DNA of 64,000 nucleotides, from the NCBI GenBank assembly GCA_025774245.1, contig JALGWI010000008.1:2525-66524 (forward strand), given 5' to 3'. This document shows positions 55,311 to 64,000 of the stretch, one piece after another. How positions within the stretch are numbered: the first letter of the stretch is position 1; every line of letters begins with the position of its first letter. A program made the position numbers and the translations under genes. Source of the stretch: a bacterium (GTDB taxonomy: Bacteria > Joyebacterota > Joyebacteria > Joyebacterales > Joyebacteraceae). The notes under the pieces were generated by a model that worked only from the letters and a program-made list of their open reading frames with translations, searched no databases and was not told the DNA's origin.

Positions 55311-56222
55311 ATGAAGCGTACGATCATCATTCTCGCGGGTATCGCCCTCATGCTTCTTTCCTCCGCGGCCGCTGCCGAGGACGGCACGTCCGGGGCCGCC
55401 TATCTGAAGCTCGGGGCCGGCGCCCGCGCGATCGGGCTGGGGGACGCCTACGTCGCCGTCAGCGGCGACGCCTCATGCGTGTACTGGAATCCGGCGGGGT
55501 TGGCGGGGGTCGAGCACATCGACGTCGAGCTCATGCACAGCGAGTGGTTCCAGGGGATCCGCTACGAGTTCCTCGGCGGGGCGAAGCGGTACGATCACCA
55601 GGCGTTCGGCGGCGCGATCACGGGTCTCTACATGGACGACCTCGAGCGGCGCGAGGGCGCGAGCGCGGAGCCGGACGGTCACTTCGGCGTCTTCGACTTC
55701 TCGCTCACGGGAAGCTACGCGCGCCGGCTCACCGAGCACTTCGACGTCGGCGGTTCGCTCAAGTACCTGCACGAGAAGATCGATCACGAGACCGCGTCGG
55801 GCTTCGCCGTCGACCTCGGCACGATCTACCGCATCCCCGGCGTCGAGGGGCTTGCGGCCGGCATCGTCGTACAGAACCTCGGTCCCCAGATGAGCTTCAT
55901 CAAGGAGAAGTTCAATCTGCCCTTCGCGGTCCGCGCGGGCGTGGCGTTCGCGTTCCCGGCGGAGCCGCTCCACGGCGACTTCCTCCTCACGGGCGACGCC
56001 GTCGTTCCGAACGACGGCGACACGAAGGTGCACTTCGGGATCGAGTACGAATACGCCAAGATCCTCGCGCTGCGATTCGGGTACCGGACGGGGTGGGACA
56101 ATCAGAACGTCTCGCTCGGTCTCGGCGCGAAGGTGAACAGGTTCCGTCTCGACTACGCCTACACGCCGTTCTACTCCGACCTGGGCGACACCCACAGGAT
56201 CTCGCTGGGCTTCACCCTCTAG
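55311..56222 (+). CDS. PorV/FadL-like outer membrane beta-barrel protein (T9SS PorV-like family)
   Basis: Signal peptide. N-terminal YLKLGAGARAIGLGDAYVAVSGDASCVYWNPAGLA signature. C-terminal barrel ending LGFTL. Confidence 0.7.
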   Translation: MKRTIIILAGIALMLLSSAAAAEDGTSGAAYLKLGAGARAIGLGDAYVAVSGDASCVYWNPAGLAGVEHIDVELMHSEWFQGIRYEFLGGAKRYDHQAFGGAITGLYMDDLERREGASAEPDGHFGVFDFSLTGSYARRLTEHFDVGGSLKYLHEKIDHETASGFAVDLGTIYRIPGVEGLAAGIVVQNLGPQMSFIKEKFNLPFAVRAGVAFAFPAEPLHGDFLLTGDAVVPNDGDTKVHFGIEYEYAKILALRFGYRTGWDNQNVSLGLGAKVNRFRLDYAYTPFYSDLGDTHRISLGFTL

Positions 56223-56362
56223 CGCGCGAGCGCACGCGGGCGACGCGGGCGCAGGCGAGCACGCGGGGCGTTCGTCCGACTTCGCTCTCTCACAGGAATG
56301 GAAGAGGCGGGGTGGTCAGATCCCTCTGGCCGCGCCCCCGCCGTGGCGGCAGGGAGACGCCG

Positions 56363-57211
56363 TCACAGCACGGCCGCGCTTCGCTCCGCGTCCGACTCGA
56401 CGAGCGAGCCATCCGACCAGCGCAGCATCCGGAAACCGTCGGGCGTGAGTTCCACGACGGAGCGGTTCACCATCCAGTCGCCGACGATCACCGCGGTCCC
56501 GCGCTCGGTCCGCCAGATGAACGGTCGGTGGACGTGGCCGACGATTACGGCGTCGTACCCGTCGGCGAGCTTCCGCTCGAGGAAGTCCCTCATCGGCGGG
56601 ACGGCGTTCTGGATCCTCTCCTCGGTGATCTCGCTCAGCCCCGACGCCCAGCGGGCGAGCGCCGCGCCGATCGTCGGGTGGAGCAGGCGGAACGCGGCGA
56701 TCGCGGGGCGGCTCCTGATCACGGCCTTGAGCATCCGGTAGCCCCAGTCGCCGGCGGGAAGCCCGTCGCCGTGTGCGACGAAGAGCTTCTTCCCGAAGTG
56801 CGTCGGGTGGGCGGTGTTCCGGACGACGATGGCTCCGGCCATCGCCTCGAGCTTCTCGCCGGCCCAGTAGTCGTGGTTGCCGCCGAGGAACCGGATCTCG
56901 GTCCCCGCGCGCGAGAGTTCCGAGAGCGCCTTCAGCACCTCGAAGTGCTCGGTCGGTGTGACGGTGGGATACTCGAACCAGAAGTCGAACAGGTCGCCGA
57001 CGAGGTAGAGAGACGAGGCGCGACCCCGGAGGTGGGAGAGGAGCGCGAGGAGGTCGCGGAGCTTCTCCGACTCGAGTGACGGAGGCTCACCGCCGAGATG
57101 GGCGTCGGCTATGAAATAGACGATCCCGCCGGCGGATCCATCGGCCGGGGGACCCGCGCCGGGGACGGCGTCGGTGGCTCGGGGTTTCAGCTCGGTTGCC
57201 ATCGCGGCCAC
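56363..57211 (-). CDS. Calcineurin-like metallophosphoesterase, UDP-2,3-diacylglucosamine hydrolase (LpxH)-like
   Basis: YFIADAHLG, GDLFDFW, GNHD and VHGHVH metallophosphatase motifs. Confidence 0.7.
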   Translation of the reverse strand: MAAMATELKPRATDAVPGAGPPADGSAGGIVYFIADAHLGGEPPSLESEKLRDLLALLSHLRGRASSLYLVGDLFDFWFEYPTVTPTEHFEVLKALSELSRAGTEIRFLGGNHDYWAGEKLEAMAGAIVVRNTAHPTHFGKKLFVAHGDGLPAGDWGYRMLKAVIRSRPAIAAFRLLHPTIGAALARWASGLSEITEERIQNAVPPMRDFLERKLADGYDAVIVGHVHRPFIWRTERGTAVIVGDWMVNRSVVELTPDGFRMLRWSDGSLVESDAERSAAVL

Positions 57212-57315
57212 GCTCTCGAATCACGGGAAACATGGGCTTTTCGGCGTTTCGGGCGGTCTGGGCGATCCGGCCGGGACCGGATTCCGCCGATTCGGCCAAG
57301 GCGGGCGAAATACGC

Positions 57316-57344
57316 TTGACCCTCTGAATCTACGCTCATATAGT
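57316..57344 (+). promoter_or_regulatory. Near-consensus sigma-70 promoter upstream of the 57490 gene
   Basis: TTGACC, 17-nt spacer, TATAGT. ~145-nt leader before the ATG. Confidence 0.45.
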
Positions 57345-57489
57345 AGCATCTCATTGATTGGGTTCGATGAGGGGTATGGGGGAGACGCAGCTCCCCGCCC
57401 GGCACGCTGCCAAGCGGCCCGAAGCGTGAGTATAGGCCGAGAGGGCCCCTGCGGCAAGCGAAACCCCGGCGGTACAGGAGGGCGAAGCG

Positions 57490-57852
57490 ATGTCGAGCCT
57501 CTGGGAAGATGTCAAGAACGCGATCGTCGACGGGTACGTCCACGCCGCCGACAAGGCCGAGGAACTCACGCAGATCGGCAAGGCGAAGGTCGAGATCCTC
57601 CGCCTGAACCGCCAGATCGCCAACACGATGAGCGAGGTCGGCGGTATGGTCTTCGATCTCTTCGACAAGGGCGAGCAGAGCAAGATCGCCAAGGACGAGG
57701 ACGTTCGCGTCGCCGTCGAGAAGATCCAGGCCCACCGGGCCGAAATCGAGAAGTGGCAGGTCGAGGTCGAGCAGGCCAAGGCCGAGCGCGAGGCGAGGGC
57801 CTCGGTCGAGACCGAGGCTCCCGAAGAGGAGCAGGGGACTCCGTCGAAATAA
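57490..57852 (+). CDS. Hypothetical coiled-coil protein
   Basis: 120 aa, charged and helical (EKWQVEVEQAKAEREARA). No domain assigned. Confidence 0.5.
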   Translation: MSSLWEDVKNAIVDGYVHAADKAEELTQIGKAKVEILRLNRQIANTMSEVGGMVFDLFDKGEQSKIAKDEDVRVAVEKIQAHRAEIEKWQVEVEQAKAEREARASVETEAPEEEQGTPSK

Positions 57853-57950
57853 GATTGAACGCGAGCCCCTTAATGACCGTCTAATCAATAAAGGCCGAAG
57901 CGAGCCCGTTTTCGGGCGCGATCGAGATCCGGGAAGGGAGCAGTCAGCCC

Positions 57951-59459
57951 ATGAGAAGCTCGGCAGGTTGGATCGGTGGAGGCGTTGTTCTCCTTCTTGC
58001 CGGACTGGTCCTCGGTGTTCTGATCACCGTGAACTACGATCTGCAGCCGCCCTCGTCGGCGCGGGAGGTCCGCGAAGTCGACACACGGATCCCGCCGGCC
58101 GCCGCCGCGTTCGGAGGCAGAAGTCCGTTCGTCGCGGTGGCGGAGGAGGTCCTTCCCGCGGTCGTGAGCGTCGACACGAAGCAGAAGGTGAGCCGGGGCT
58201 CCGGCGATCCGTTCGCGGAGATGTTCAGGGACTTCTTCGGCGAGAGATGGTACCGCGAGCGCTACGGCGATCAGGACTCGGAGCGGGAGTTCGAGATCCC
58301 GAGTTCGGCGTCGGGGTTCATCTTCGACGATCGCGGGTACGTGATGACGAACAACCACGTGGTGCAGCACGCGGACGAGATCGAGATCACGCTCGACGAC
58401 GGTCGTTCGTTTCCGGCCGAGGTCATCGGTCGGGATCCGTCGACCGACATCGCGGTGGTGAAGATCGACGGAACTGATCTTCCGACGGTGCGGCTCGGAG
58501 ATTCCGACGAGATCCGCGTCGGGGACTGGGCGATCGCCATCGGCAATCCGCTCGAGCTCAAGGGAACCGTGACGGTCGGCGTCGTCAGCGCGCTCGGTCG
58601 CGCGGACCTGCGCATAAGAGGAGGGGCGCCGATCTACCAGGACTTCATCCAGACGGACGCTTCGATCAACTTCGGGAACAGCGGCGGACCCCTCGTCAGC
58701 ATCGAGGGTGAGGTCATCGGCATCAACAGCGCCATCAATCCGGGAGCCGACGGCATCGGGTTCGCCATTCCCATCAACCTCGCGCGTCACGTGGCAGAGG
58801 CGCTGATCAGCGAGGGGAAGGTCGTGCGGGGTTACCTCGGCGTCGTGCCGCAGGAGATCACCCGCGACCTGGCCGAGGCGAGAGACCTCGACGTGGACGA
58901 CGGCATCCTCATCGCGAGCGTCGAGGCAGGGACGCCGGCCGACGACGCGGGCCTCGAGCCCGGCGACGTCCTGGTCGAGTTCGGAGGCGTCAAGATCGCC
59001 AACGTCTCGCAGTTCCGGATGGCAGTCGCCGCCGTGGCGCCGGAGGAGCAGGTCGACATGAAGATCCTCCGCGACGGCCGCACGCGGGACCTGACGGCGA
59101 CGCTTCGGGAGCGGCCCGACTCGTTCGCCGCGGCCGAGGAGCCGGTGGAGGAGCGGGAGGAGATCGAGCCGACGTGGCTCGGGATCGACGTCGTGGCCCT
59201 GGACGATGCCATGGCCGACGACTTCGACATCGAGGCGGAGCACGGCGTGCTCGTTGTGAACGTAGAGGGTGGAAGCCCTGCAGCCGACGGCGGTTTGCTC
59301 GTCGGTGACATAATAGTGAGTATCGGCGACCGGGAAGTGACAGGCCTCCGAGACTACAGGCGGATCGTCAGTGACCTCGAGGGAAGCACGCGTGCCGTGG
59401 CCTTCATGGTTCAGCGTGGCGCCTATACGTATTTCGTGGCGATCCGACCGGAGAAGTAA
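57951..59459 (+). CDS. htrA: Periplasmic serine endoprotease DegP/HtrA (trypsin domain plus two PDZ domains)
   Basis: Catalytic motifs TNNHVV, D...(IAVVKI), GNSGGPL. Two PDZ-like regions. Confidence 0.9.
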   Translation: MRSSAGWIGGGVVLLLAGLVLGVLITVNYDLQPPSSAREVREVDTRIPPAAAAFGGRSPFVAVAEEVLPAVVSVDTKQKVSRGSGDPFAEMFRDFFGERWYRERYGDQDSEREFEIPSSASGFIFDDRGYVMTNNHVVQHADEIEITLDDGRSFPAEVIGRDPSTDIAVVKIDGTDLPTVRLGDSDEIRVGDWAIAIGNPLELKGTVTVGVVSALGRADLRIRGGAPIYQDFIQTDASINFGNSGGPLVSIEGEVIGINSAINPGADGIGFAIPINLARHVAEALISEGKVVRGYLGVVPQEITRDLAEARDLDVDDGILIASVEAGTPADDAGLEPGDVLVEFGGVKIANVSQFRMAVAAVAPEEQVDMKILRDGRTRDLTATLRERPDSFAAAEEPVEEREEIEPTWLGIDVVALDDAMADDFDIEAEHGVLVVNVEGGSPAADGGLLVGDIIVSIGDREVTGLRDYRRIVSDLEGSTRAVAFMVQRGAYTYFVAIRPEK

Positions 59460-59552
59460 GGGGAACGCGCCTGCGCCCGGGTAGACGGAGACGAACCGGC
59501 AGGGAAGGACCGTCGACTCGGCGACCGGAACAGGCGGAACCCCAGGGGGGAA

Positions 59553-60416
59553 GTGAGTAACATGTCGTACTACGGAAGTGGAGCTGAGGAAGACAAGAGC
59601 CTGGACCTCTATCTGAGGGAGATCGCCAGGACCCCGCTGCTGACCAGAGAACAGGAGCAGGAGCTGGGCAGGCGGATCCTTCGCGGAGACCAGTGCGCTC
59701 GAGACGAGCTGATTCAGGCGAACCTTCGGTTTGTGGTCAGCGTCGCGAAGGGGTACGCCCGGAAGACGGGCGCCCCGATCATGGACATCATCAATCAGGG
59801 GAACGTCGGTCTCATCGAGGCGGCCAAACGCTTCGACTCCGAGCGCGGACGGAAGTTCATCACGTACGCCGTCTGGTGGATCCGGCACGCCATCCTCAAG
59901 GGCATGGCGGAGCAGTCAGGAGCCATGCGGCTCCCGCTCAACAAGGCGGGCGCGGTCCGGAGGATGTGGCGGACGAATGAGCGGATCCGGCAGAAGACCG
60001 GGTGCGAGCCGACCGACACTGAGCTCGCGGAGGTCATGAAGCTCAGGGTGAAGGACATCGCGGAGCTCCGGAAGCTCTCGGTGGGAAGCCTCTCGCTCGA
60101 CGCTCCCGTCGCGTCCGACCAGGACATCGCACTCGGTGACATGGTTCCCGACACGGCCGAGGATCCGGCCCTCGCGGGCCTCCACTACGAGTCGCTCGGG
60201 CAGGAGGTCGATTTCGCGCTTGCGGCCCTCACGCCGAGGGAGAGCAGGATCATCAGGCACTACTTCGGCCTGGGCGGCAAGAAGAAGCGGACGCTCGAGC
60301 AGATCGGCCAGATGATGGGCCTGACTCGCGAGCGGATTCGCCAGATCAAGGAAGAGGCCCTCGGGAAGCTCAGGGGCGGAGCGGGGCTCGACGAGCTCAG
60401 GACGTACCTGAACTAG
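59553..60416 (+). CDS. rpoD: RNA polymerase sigma factor, sigma-70 family, probably the short FCB-type primary sigma
   Basis: Regions 1.2 (LYLREIARTPLL), 2 (ANLRFVVSVAKGY...DLIQEGNxGL-like), 3 and 4 (LTPRESRIIRHYFGL...TLEQIG). 287 aa. Confidence 0.8.
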   Translation: MSNMSYYGSGAEEDKSLDLYLREIARTPLLTREQEQELGRRILRGDQCARDELIQANLRFVVSVAKGYARKTGAPIMDIINQGNVGLIEAAKRFDSERGRKFITYAVWWIRHAILKGMAEQSGAMRLPLNKAGAVRRMWRTNERIRQKTGCEPTDTELAEVMKLRVKDIAELRKLSVGSLSLDAPVASDQDIALGDMVPDTAEDPALAGLHYESLGQEVDFALAALTPRESRIIRHYFGLGGKKKRTLEQIGQMMGLTRERIRQIKEEALGKLRGGAGLDELRTYLN

Positions 60417-60495
60417 AGACGGTCGGGCGCCGGCACGCAGCCGGCGCGGCGTCCAGCACCGAAGGGACCTTTCGAGCACTAAAGCTGAAGGAACG

Positions 60496-60530
60496 AGCGC
60501 CCACCGATCCGCTCCCGAACGGTGGGCGCT
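60496..60530 (+). terminator. Hairpin downstream of the sigma factor gene (candidate terminator)
   Basis: 11-bp stem GAGCGCCCACCG / CGGTGGGCGCT with a 13-nt loop. A second 8-bp hairpin GCGCCGGC-acgca-GCCGGCGC lies at 60427-60448. Confidence 0.35.
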
Positions 60531-60601
60531 TCCGTAGGCGCCCCGGGTCGGGAGGGCGAGCCGTTCGCGGCCGAGACGCGGGCATGTTGGAACGAAACGC
60601 C

Positions 60602-60631
60602 TTGACGAGGGATTTGACCTTTCCTTAGTAT
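60602..60631 (+). promoter_or_regulatory. Candidate sigma-70 promoter upstream of the M16 peptidase pair
   Basis: TTGACG, 18-nt spacer, TAGTAT. Followed by the inverted repeat CACTCC-N9-GGAGTG, which contains the palindrome GTGCGCAC. Confidence 0.4.
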
Positions 60632-60699
60632 CTCTTGTCTAAGGGTTTTGGAGCCCTGAATTCGTGCGCACTCCGTGCGCGGTGGAGTGAACCGGACGG

Positions 60700-62028
60700 A
60701 TGATAAGAACCCCCTTGAAGTCAATCCTCCTCGTCGTCATCGCGACGGCGACCCTCCTCGGCGGATGCGCCACGGAGGACCAGCGGACGACCACCTCGGT
60801 CACGCGCATACTCGACAACGGGCTCATCATCATCACCAAAGAGAACCGCGGCGGCGACGTCGTCTCCGCCCAGGCCTGGGTGGCCGATGGCGCCGTCCAC
60901 GAGACTGCCGAGGAGGCGGGGATCGCCTCCTTCGTTGCGCGGATGATGTTCGACCAGACTGAGTCCCGCGGTCCGGGCGAGATGACCAACCTCGTCGAGA
61001 ACGTGGGCGGGGTCATCAAGATCGAGCCATCCCACGACTACGGCCAGTTCGCGATCACCGTCTCGGCGGAGCACGGCGACCTCGCGCTCAAGCTCCTCGC
61101 CGACGGGCTTCGGAACGCCACGTTTGCCCCCGAACGGGTCGAGAGGATCCGGAGGACGATCCTCTCCGAGATCACGTCGATAGCAGAGCGGCCGATCGAC
61201 CAGGTGAACCTGCGATTCCTCAAGGAGATGCTGGGCGACCATCCCTACGCTAGGCCCGCGCAGGGGACGGCCGCGACCGTCTCGCGGTTCACGCCGGCCG
61301 ATCTCGAGAAGAGGCACGCCGAGCGTTACGTCGGCAACAACATCGTCATCGTCGTCGCCGGCGCCATCGACGCCGTGGCCGTCGCCGATCGAGTGGAGTC
61401 GCTCTTCGGCGACCTCGACGCCGGCGTTCCCGCAGAGCTGGCCTCGCCGAGCGGCGGGTGGCCGACGAGCCCGGTCCGCGTCGTGGAGCACGGCGACGTT
61501 CACAGGGCCTACCAGATCGTTGGTTTTCCCGCGCCGGCGGTCGGCGACGAGGGCGACGTCGCGATGGACGTCCTCCTGTCGGTTCTCGGGCTCGGACGGA
61601 GCTCGCGCCTGCGACAGGCACTCACCGAGAAACGAGGACTCGTGAGCGGTGTGTCGGCCGGCTGGTACACGCGGCGACAGCGCAGCCCGATTTTCGTCTG
61701 GATGGAACTCTCACCGGAGAACACGACCGACGCCGAGCTGGCGACGGTCGCTCTCTTCCGCGACCTCGCGGAGTCGCCGGTCGACGATGAAGAGATCACG
61801 AAGGCGAAGGCGTTCTACGAGTCGTCGCTCCTCTTCATGCAGGAGACCGCGGAGGGGCAGGCCGGCTTCTACGGATACTGGACATCGGTCGGCGGGCCCG
61901 ATTTCACCGACGAGTACGTCGAGCGGCTTGCCGCTGTCACGGCGGAGGACATCCAGGAACTCGCGGCCGCGCACTTCGCGTCGTCGTCGCACGCAGCAGT
62001 GGCGGTCGTGCCGAAGTGGGCGAAGTGA
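60700..62028 (+). CDS. M16 (pitrilysin) family protein with a degenerate zinc motif, lipoprotein-like N-terminus
   Basis: Signal peptide plus LLGGCA lipobox. M16 N-domain fold, but the HxxEH position reads HETAE. Confidence 0.7.
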   Translation: MIRTPLKSILLVVIATATLLGGCATEDQRTTTSVTRILDNGLIIITKENRGGDVVSAQAWVADGAVHETAEEAGIASFVARMMFDQTESRGPGEMTNLVENVGGVIKIEPSHDYGQFAITVSAEHGDLALKLLADGLRNATFAPERVERIRRTILSEITSIAERPIDQVNLRFLKEMLGDHPYARPAQGTAATVSRFTPADLEKRHAERYVGNNIVIVVAGAIDAVAVADRVESLFGDLDAGVPAELASPSGGWPTSPVRVVEHGDVHRAYQIVGFPAPAVGDEGDVAMDVLLSVLGLGRSSRLRQALTEKRGLVSGVSAGWYTRRQRSPIFVWMELSPENTTDAELATVALFRDLAESPVDDEEITKAKAFYESSLLFMQETAEGQAGFYGYWTSVGGPDFTDEYVERLAAVTAEDIQELAAAHFASSSHAAVAVVPKWAK

Positions 62029-62075
62029 TTTCGAGGCCTTTCGGGAGAGAGGGCCTCGTTCTGAGGAGAGCAGCA

Positions 62076-63404
62076 ATGGAGAGGACGCGTCGCCACCGGG
62101 TTGCCATCGCCATCGGGATCATGATTCTCGTGGGCGCGTCCCTGTCCGTGGCGACGGTCAGGAGGCACGAGCTTCCGAACGGTCTCACGGTCATCACGGC
62201 TCCGCACGAGTGGAACCGCATCGTCTCGGTCTCGTTCGTGGTCGGCGCCGGCTCGAAGTACGACCCGCCGGGCCGCCGCGGACTCGCGCACGTGACGAAC
62301 GAGCTTCTGGCCCGCGGGACGGAGACGATGTCGGCGCTCGAGCTGGCGGAGCTCCTCGACGGCTCCGGCATCCACCTCGAGACCTACACGACCGAAGACT
62401 ACGCGATGGTGAGCCTGGCCTCGAGCGACACGCAGTTCGATCAGATCATCGACATCCTGGGCGAGATCGTGGCGAGTCCCGCGCTCGAGGGTCACCAGCT
62501 CATCGACGTACAGAAGAAGACGCGCGACGCCCTGGAGGGAGAGCAGGACGACACGTTCGCGAGGAGCTACCTGAAGCTCAACCGTCTTCTCTTCGGCGAG
62601 CACCCGTACGCGTATCCGACCGCCGGCTCGCCCGAAGGGGTCGACGCGATCACGCCCTCCGATGTCGAGTCGTTTTACGGAGAGCGGTATCGCGGCGGCA
62701 ACTCCGTCATCGCGATCGTCGGGAGCTTCGATCCGGCGGTGGCGGTGAGCGCACTCGGCGCCAGGCTCCAGGACTACCCGCGTGGGACCGCCGAGCGGGT
62801 CGTCTTCCCCGAGGTGGAGGCTCACGAGGCGACCGAGATCGAGATCTATCGCGCCGCCTCTCGGGGGTACGTCCAGATCGGCTTCCTCGCGCCGTCGATC
62901 GGCGCGAAGGACCACGCGGCCGTGTCGGTCCTGACCTCCGTCCTGGGCGACGGGACCGCCTCCAGGCTCTACCAGGCGCTCGGGCCGGACGGCGCAGGGC
63001 TTGCGGACGTCGCCGGCGCGTTCTACCCCGGGCGGTTCGAGGCCGGGCAGATCGTGATCTACACCGAGTCGGCCGACGTCGACCAGACGATCGACATCGT
63101 CGGCGAGGTCGTGCAGGGCGTCTGGGACGGACCCATCACGGACGAGGAGCTGGTGCGGGCGAAGAACCGCGTCAAGGGTCGGTGGCTTCTGAAGGGCCAG
63201 ACGAACCTCGAACAGGCCCGACGCCTCGCCGTCGGCGAGCTCTCGGGCCTCGGATACGGTTTCTACGGCGATACGTACGTGAAGCAGATCGAGCGAGTCG
63301 ACAGTGAGGACGTGCTGGCCGCTGCGCGGGAGTATCTCGAGAACCCCGCGAAGGTGATCCAGCGGCCCGCGGAACCACCCAGAAAGAGGAAGGCGGGCAT
63401 CTGA
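62076..63404 (+). CDS. M16 (pitrilysin) family protein with a degenerate zinc motif (second subunit)
   Basis: Signal/transmembrane RVAIAIGIMILVGASL. GLAHVTNELLARGT sits where GxxHFLEHMxFKGT is expected. The ATG at 62076 has a GAGGAGAG RBS; the track ORF begins at a GTG at 62016. Confidence 0.7.
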   Translation: MERTRRHRVAIAIGIMILVGASLSVATVRRHELPNGLTVITAPHEWNRIVSVSFVVGAGSKYDPPGRRGLAHVTNELLARGTETMSALELAELLDGSGIHLETYTTEDYAMVSLASSDTQFDQIIDILGEIVASPALEGHQLIDVQKKTRDALEGEQDDTFARSYLKLNRLLFGEHPYAYPTAGSPEGVDAITPSDVESFYGERYRGGNSVIAIVGSFDPAVAVSALGARLQDYPRGTAERVVFPEVEAHEATEIEIYRAASRGYVQIGFLAPSIGAKDHAAVSVLTSVLGDGTASRLYQALGPDGAGLADVAGAFYPGRFEAGQIVIYTESADVDQTIDIVGEVVQGVWDGPITDEELVRAKNRVKGRWLLKGQTNLEQARRLAVGELSGLGYGFYGDTYVKQIERVDSEDVLAAAREYLENPAKVIQRPAEPPRKRKAGI

Positions 63405-63543
63405 CCCGCCCGGACGCCCGTCGCGGGCTGGCGTGACGCGGCGACCGACATCCTGATTCGTCCCCGGCAGCGGCGGGGGGTGTTCGGCCCCGGAACGCTC
63501 ACCGCAGGGGAACCGCCGTCGGAGGAATCCCTTTGGACAGGCC

Positions 63544-64000
63544 TCGTTGCTCCATGAGGCTCGCGCAGCTCGCGGCCGTTGCCGCGATCGTCCTGTTGGC
63601 GCAGGGCGTTTCCGCCGAGCCGACCATTACGTCCGTCCGCCACTGGACCGCGCCCGACGCGACGCGGATCGTCGTCGACCTGAGCGAGAACGCCGCGTAC
63701 TCGACGCGCGTCCTGACGGGCCCGGACCGCGTCGTCGTGCTCGTCGTCGACGGGAGCATCGGCGGCATGGCGCGGAGGACCGAGGTCATGGACGGGCTCG
63801 TCGATCGGGTCCGCCTGAACCAGCTCAAGAGCGGGGCGCAGGTCGTGATCGACCTCGCGTCGTCATCGCCGCACAACGTCTTCCACCTGAGGCCCTACCT
63901 CGACAAGCCGCATCGTGTGGTCATCGACGTCTTCCACGACGGGCCGCCCGAGGCGCCCACGCCGCCGCCCGGTGTCGACACACGGGAGGCGATCGGTCCC
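63544..64000 (+). CDS. N-acetylmuramoyl-L-alanine amidase (AmiC-like) N-terminal AMIN domain. 3'-partial; runs off the window end.
   Basis: Signal peptide MRLAQLAAVAAIVLLAQGVSA. AMIN-domain pattern (VRHWTAPDATRIVVDL...VVIDL). Open to the window end. Confidence 0.55.

Overview
High-GC (~68-70% by eye) bacterial contig, dense with genes and with antisense ORFs on both strands. It probably comes from an FCB-superphylum-like Gram-negative (PorV-like outer-membrane protein, 287-aa primary sigma factor, Na+-NQR), though this is inference. No rRNA, tRNA, CRISPR array or transposase was recognised.

Layout, in order:
1. 1-4988: the 3' part of an nqrABCDEF operon. The NqrA C-terminus carries two RnfC-like 4Fe-4S Cys motifs, while the last gene is a clear NqrF.
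2. 5001-10136: a flavin-trafficking and flavinylation locus resembling the Listeria flavin-based extracellular electron transfer (EET) cluster. It holds a polyprenyl synthase, a NusG_II membrane protein, a single ORF fusing a Gx/ECF-S-like domain to an EcfT-like domain, an ApbE lipoprotein and a secreted FMN-binding protein.
3. 10228-18327: SppA fused to an N-terminal beta-barrel domain, an Omp85-like protein, rlmN, an ArsR regulator and a creatininase-family protein.
4. 18379-32067: an apparently sigma-54-governed island. A TPR-sigma-54 activator precedes a long low-gene-density region containing a low-GC patch, candidate sigma-54 promoters and four tandem 12-13-bp repeats. Next comes an 830-aa radical SAM/SPASM enzyme with a RiPP recognition element (RRE) and an extra ~330-aa N-terminal domain. 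Three tandem short precursor peptides follow, whose cores consist of repeated Cys-x(3-5)-Asp units, making them freyrasin-like ranthipeptide candidates. The island continues with an FG-GAP protein, an ABC-2 exporter and an NtrB/NtrC-type two-component system.
5. 32409-51959: a Met/His-rich Spy/CpxP-like protein and then mostly housekeeping genes (NCS2 permease, CutA, OsmC, TldD/PmbA, DUF2207, archease-RtcB, PolX, HtpX, LemA, CopA, YjbQ, CPBP protease).
6. 52152-64000: four tandem NTF2-like lipoprotein paralogs, two of them joined by an apparent frameshift; a PorV-like OMP, an LpxH-like protein, HtrA, a sigma-70 factor, two degenerate M16 peptidases and a partial AMIN-domain amidase.
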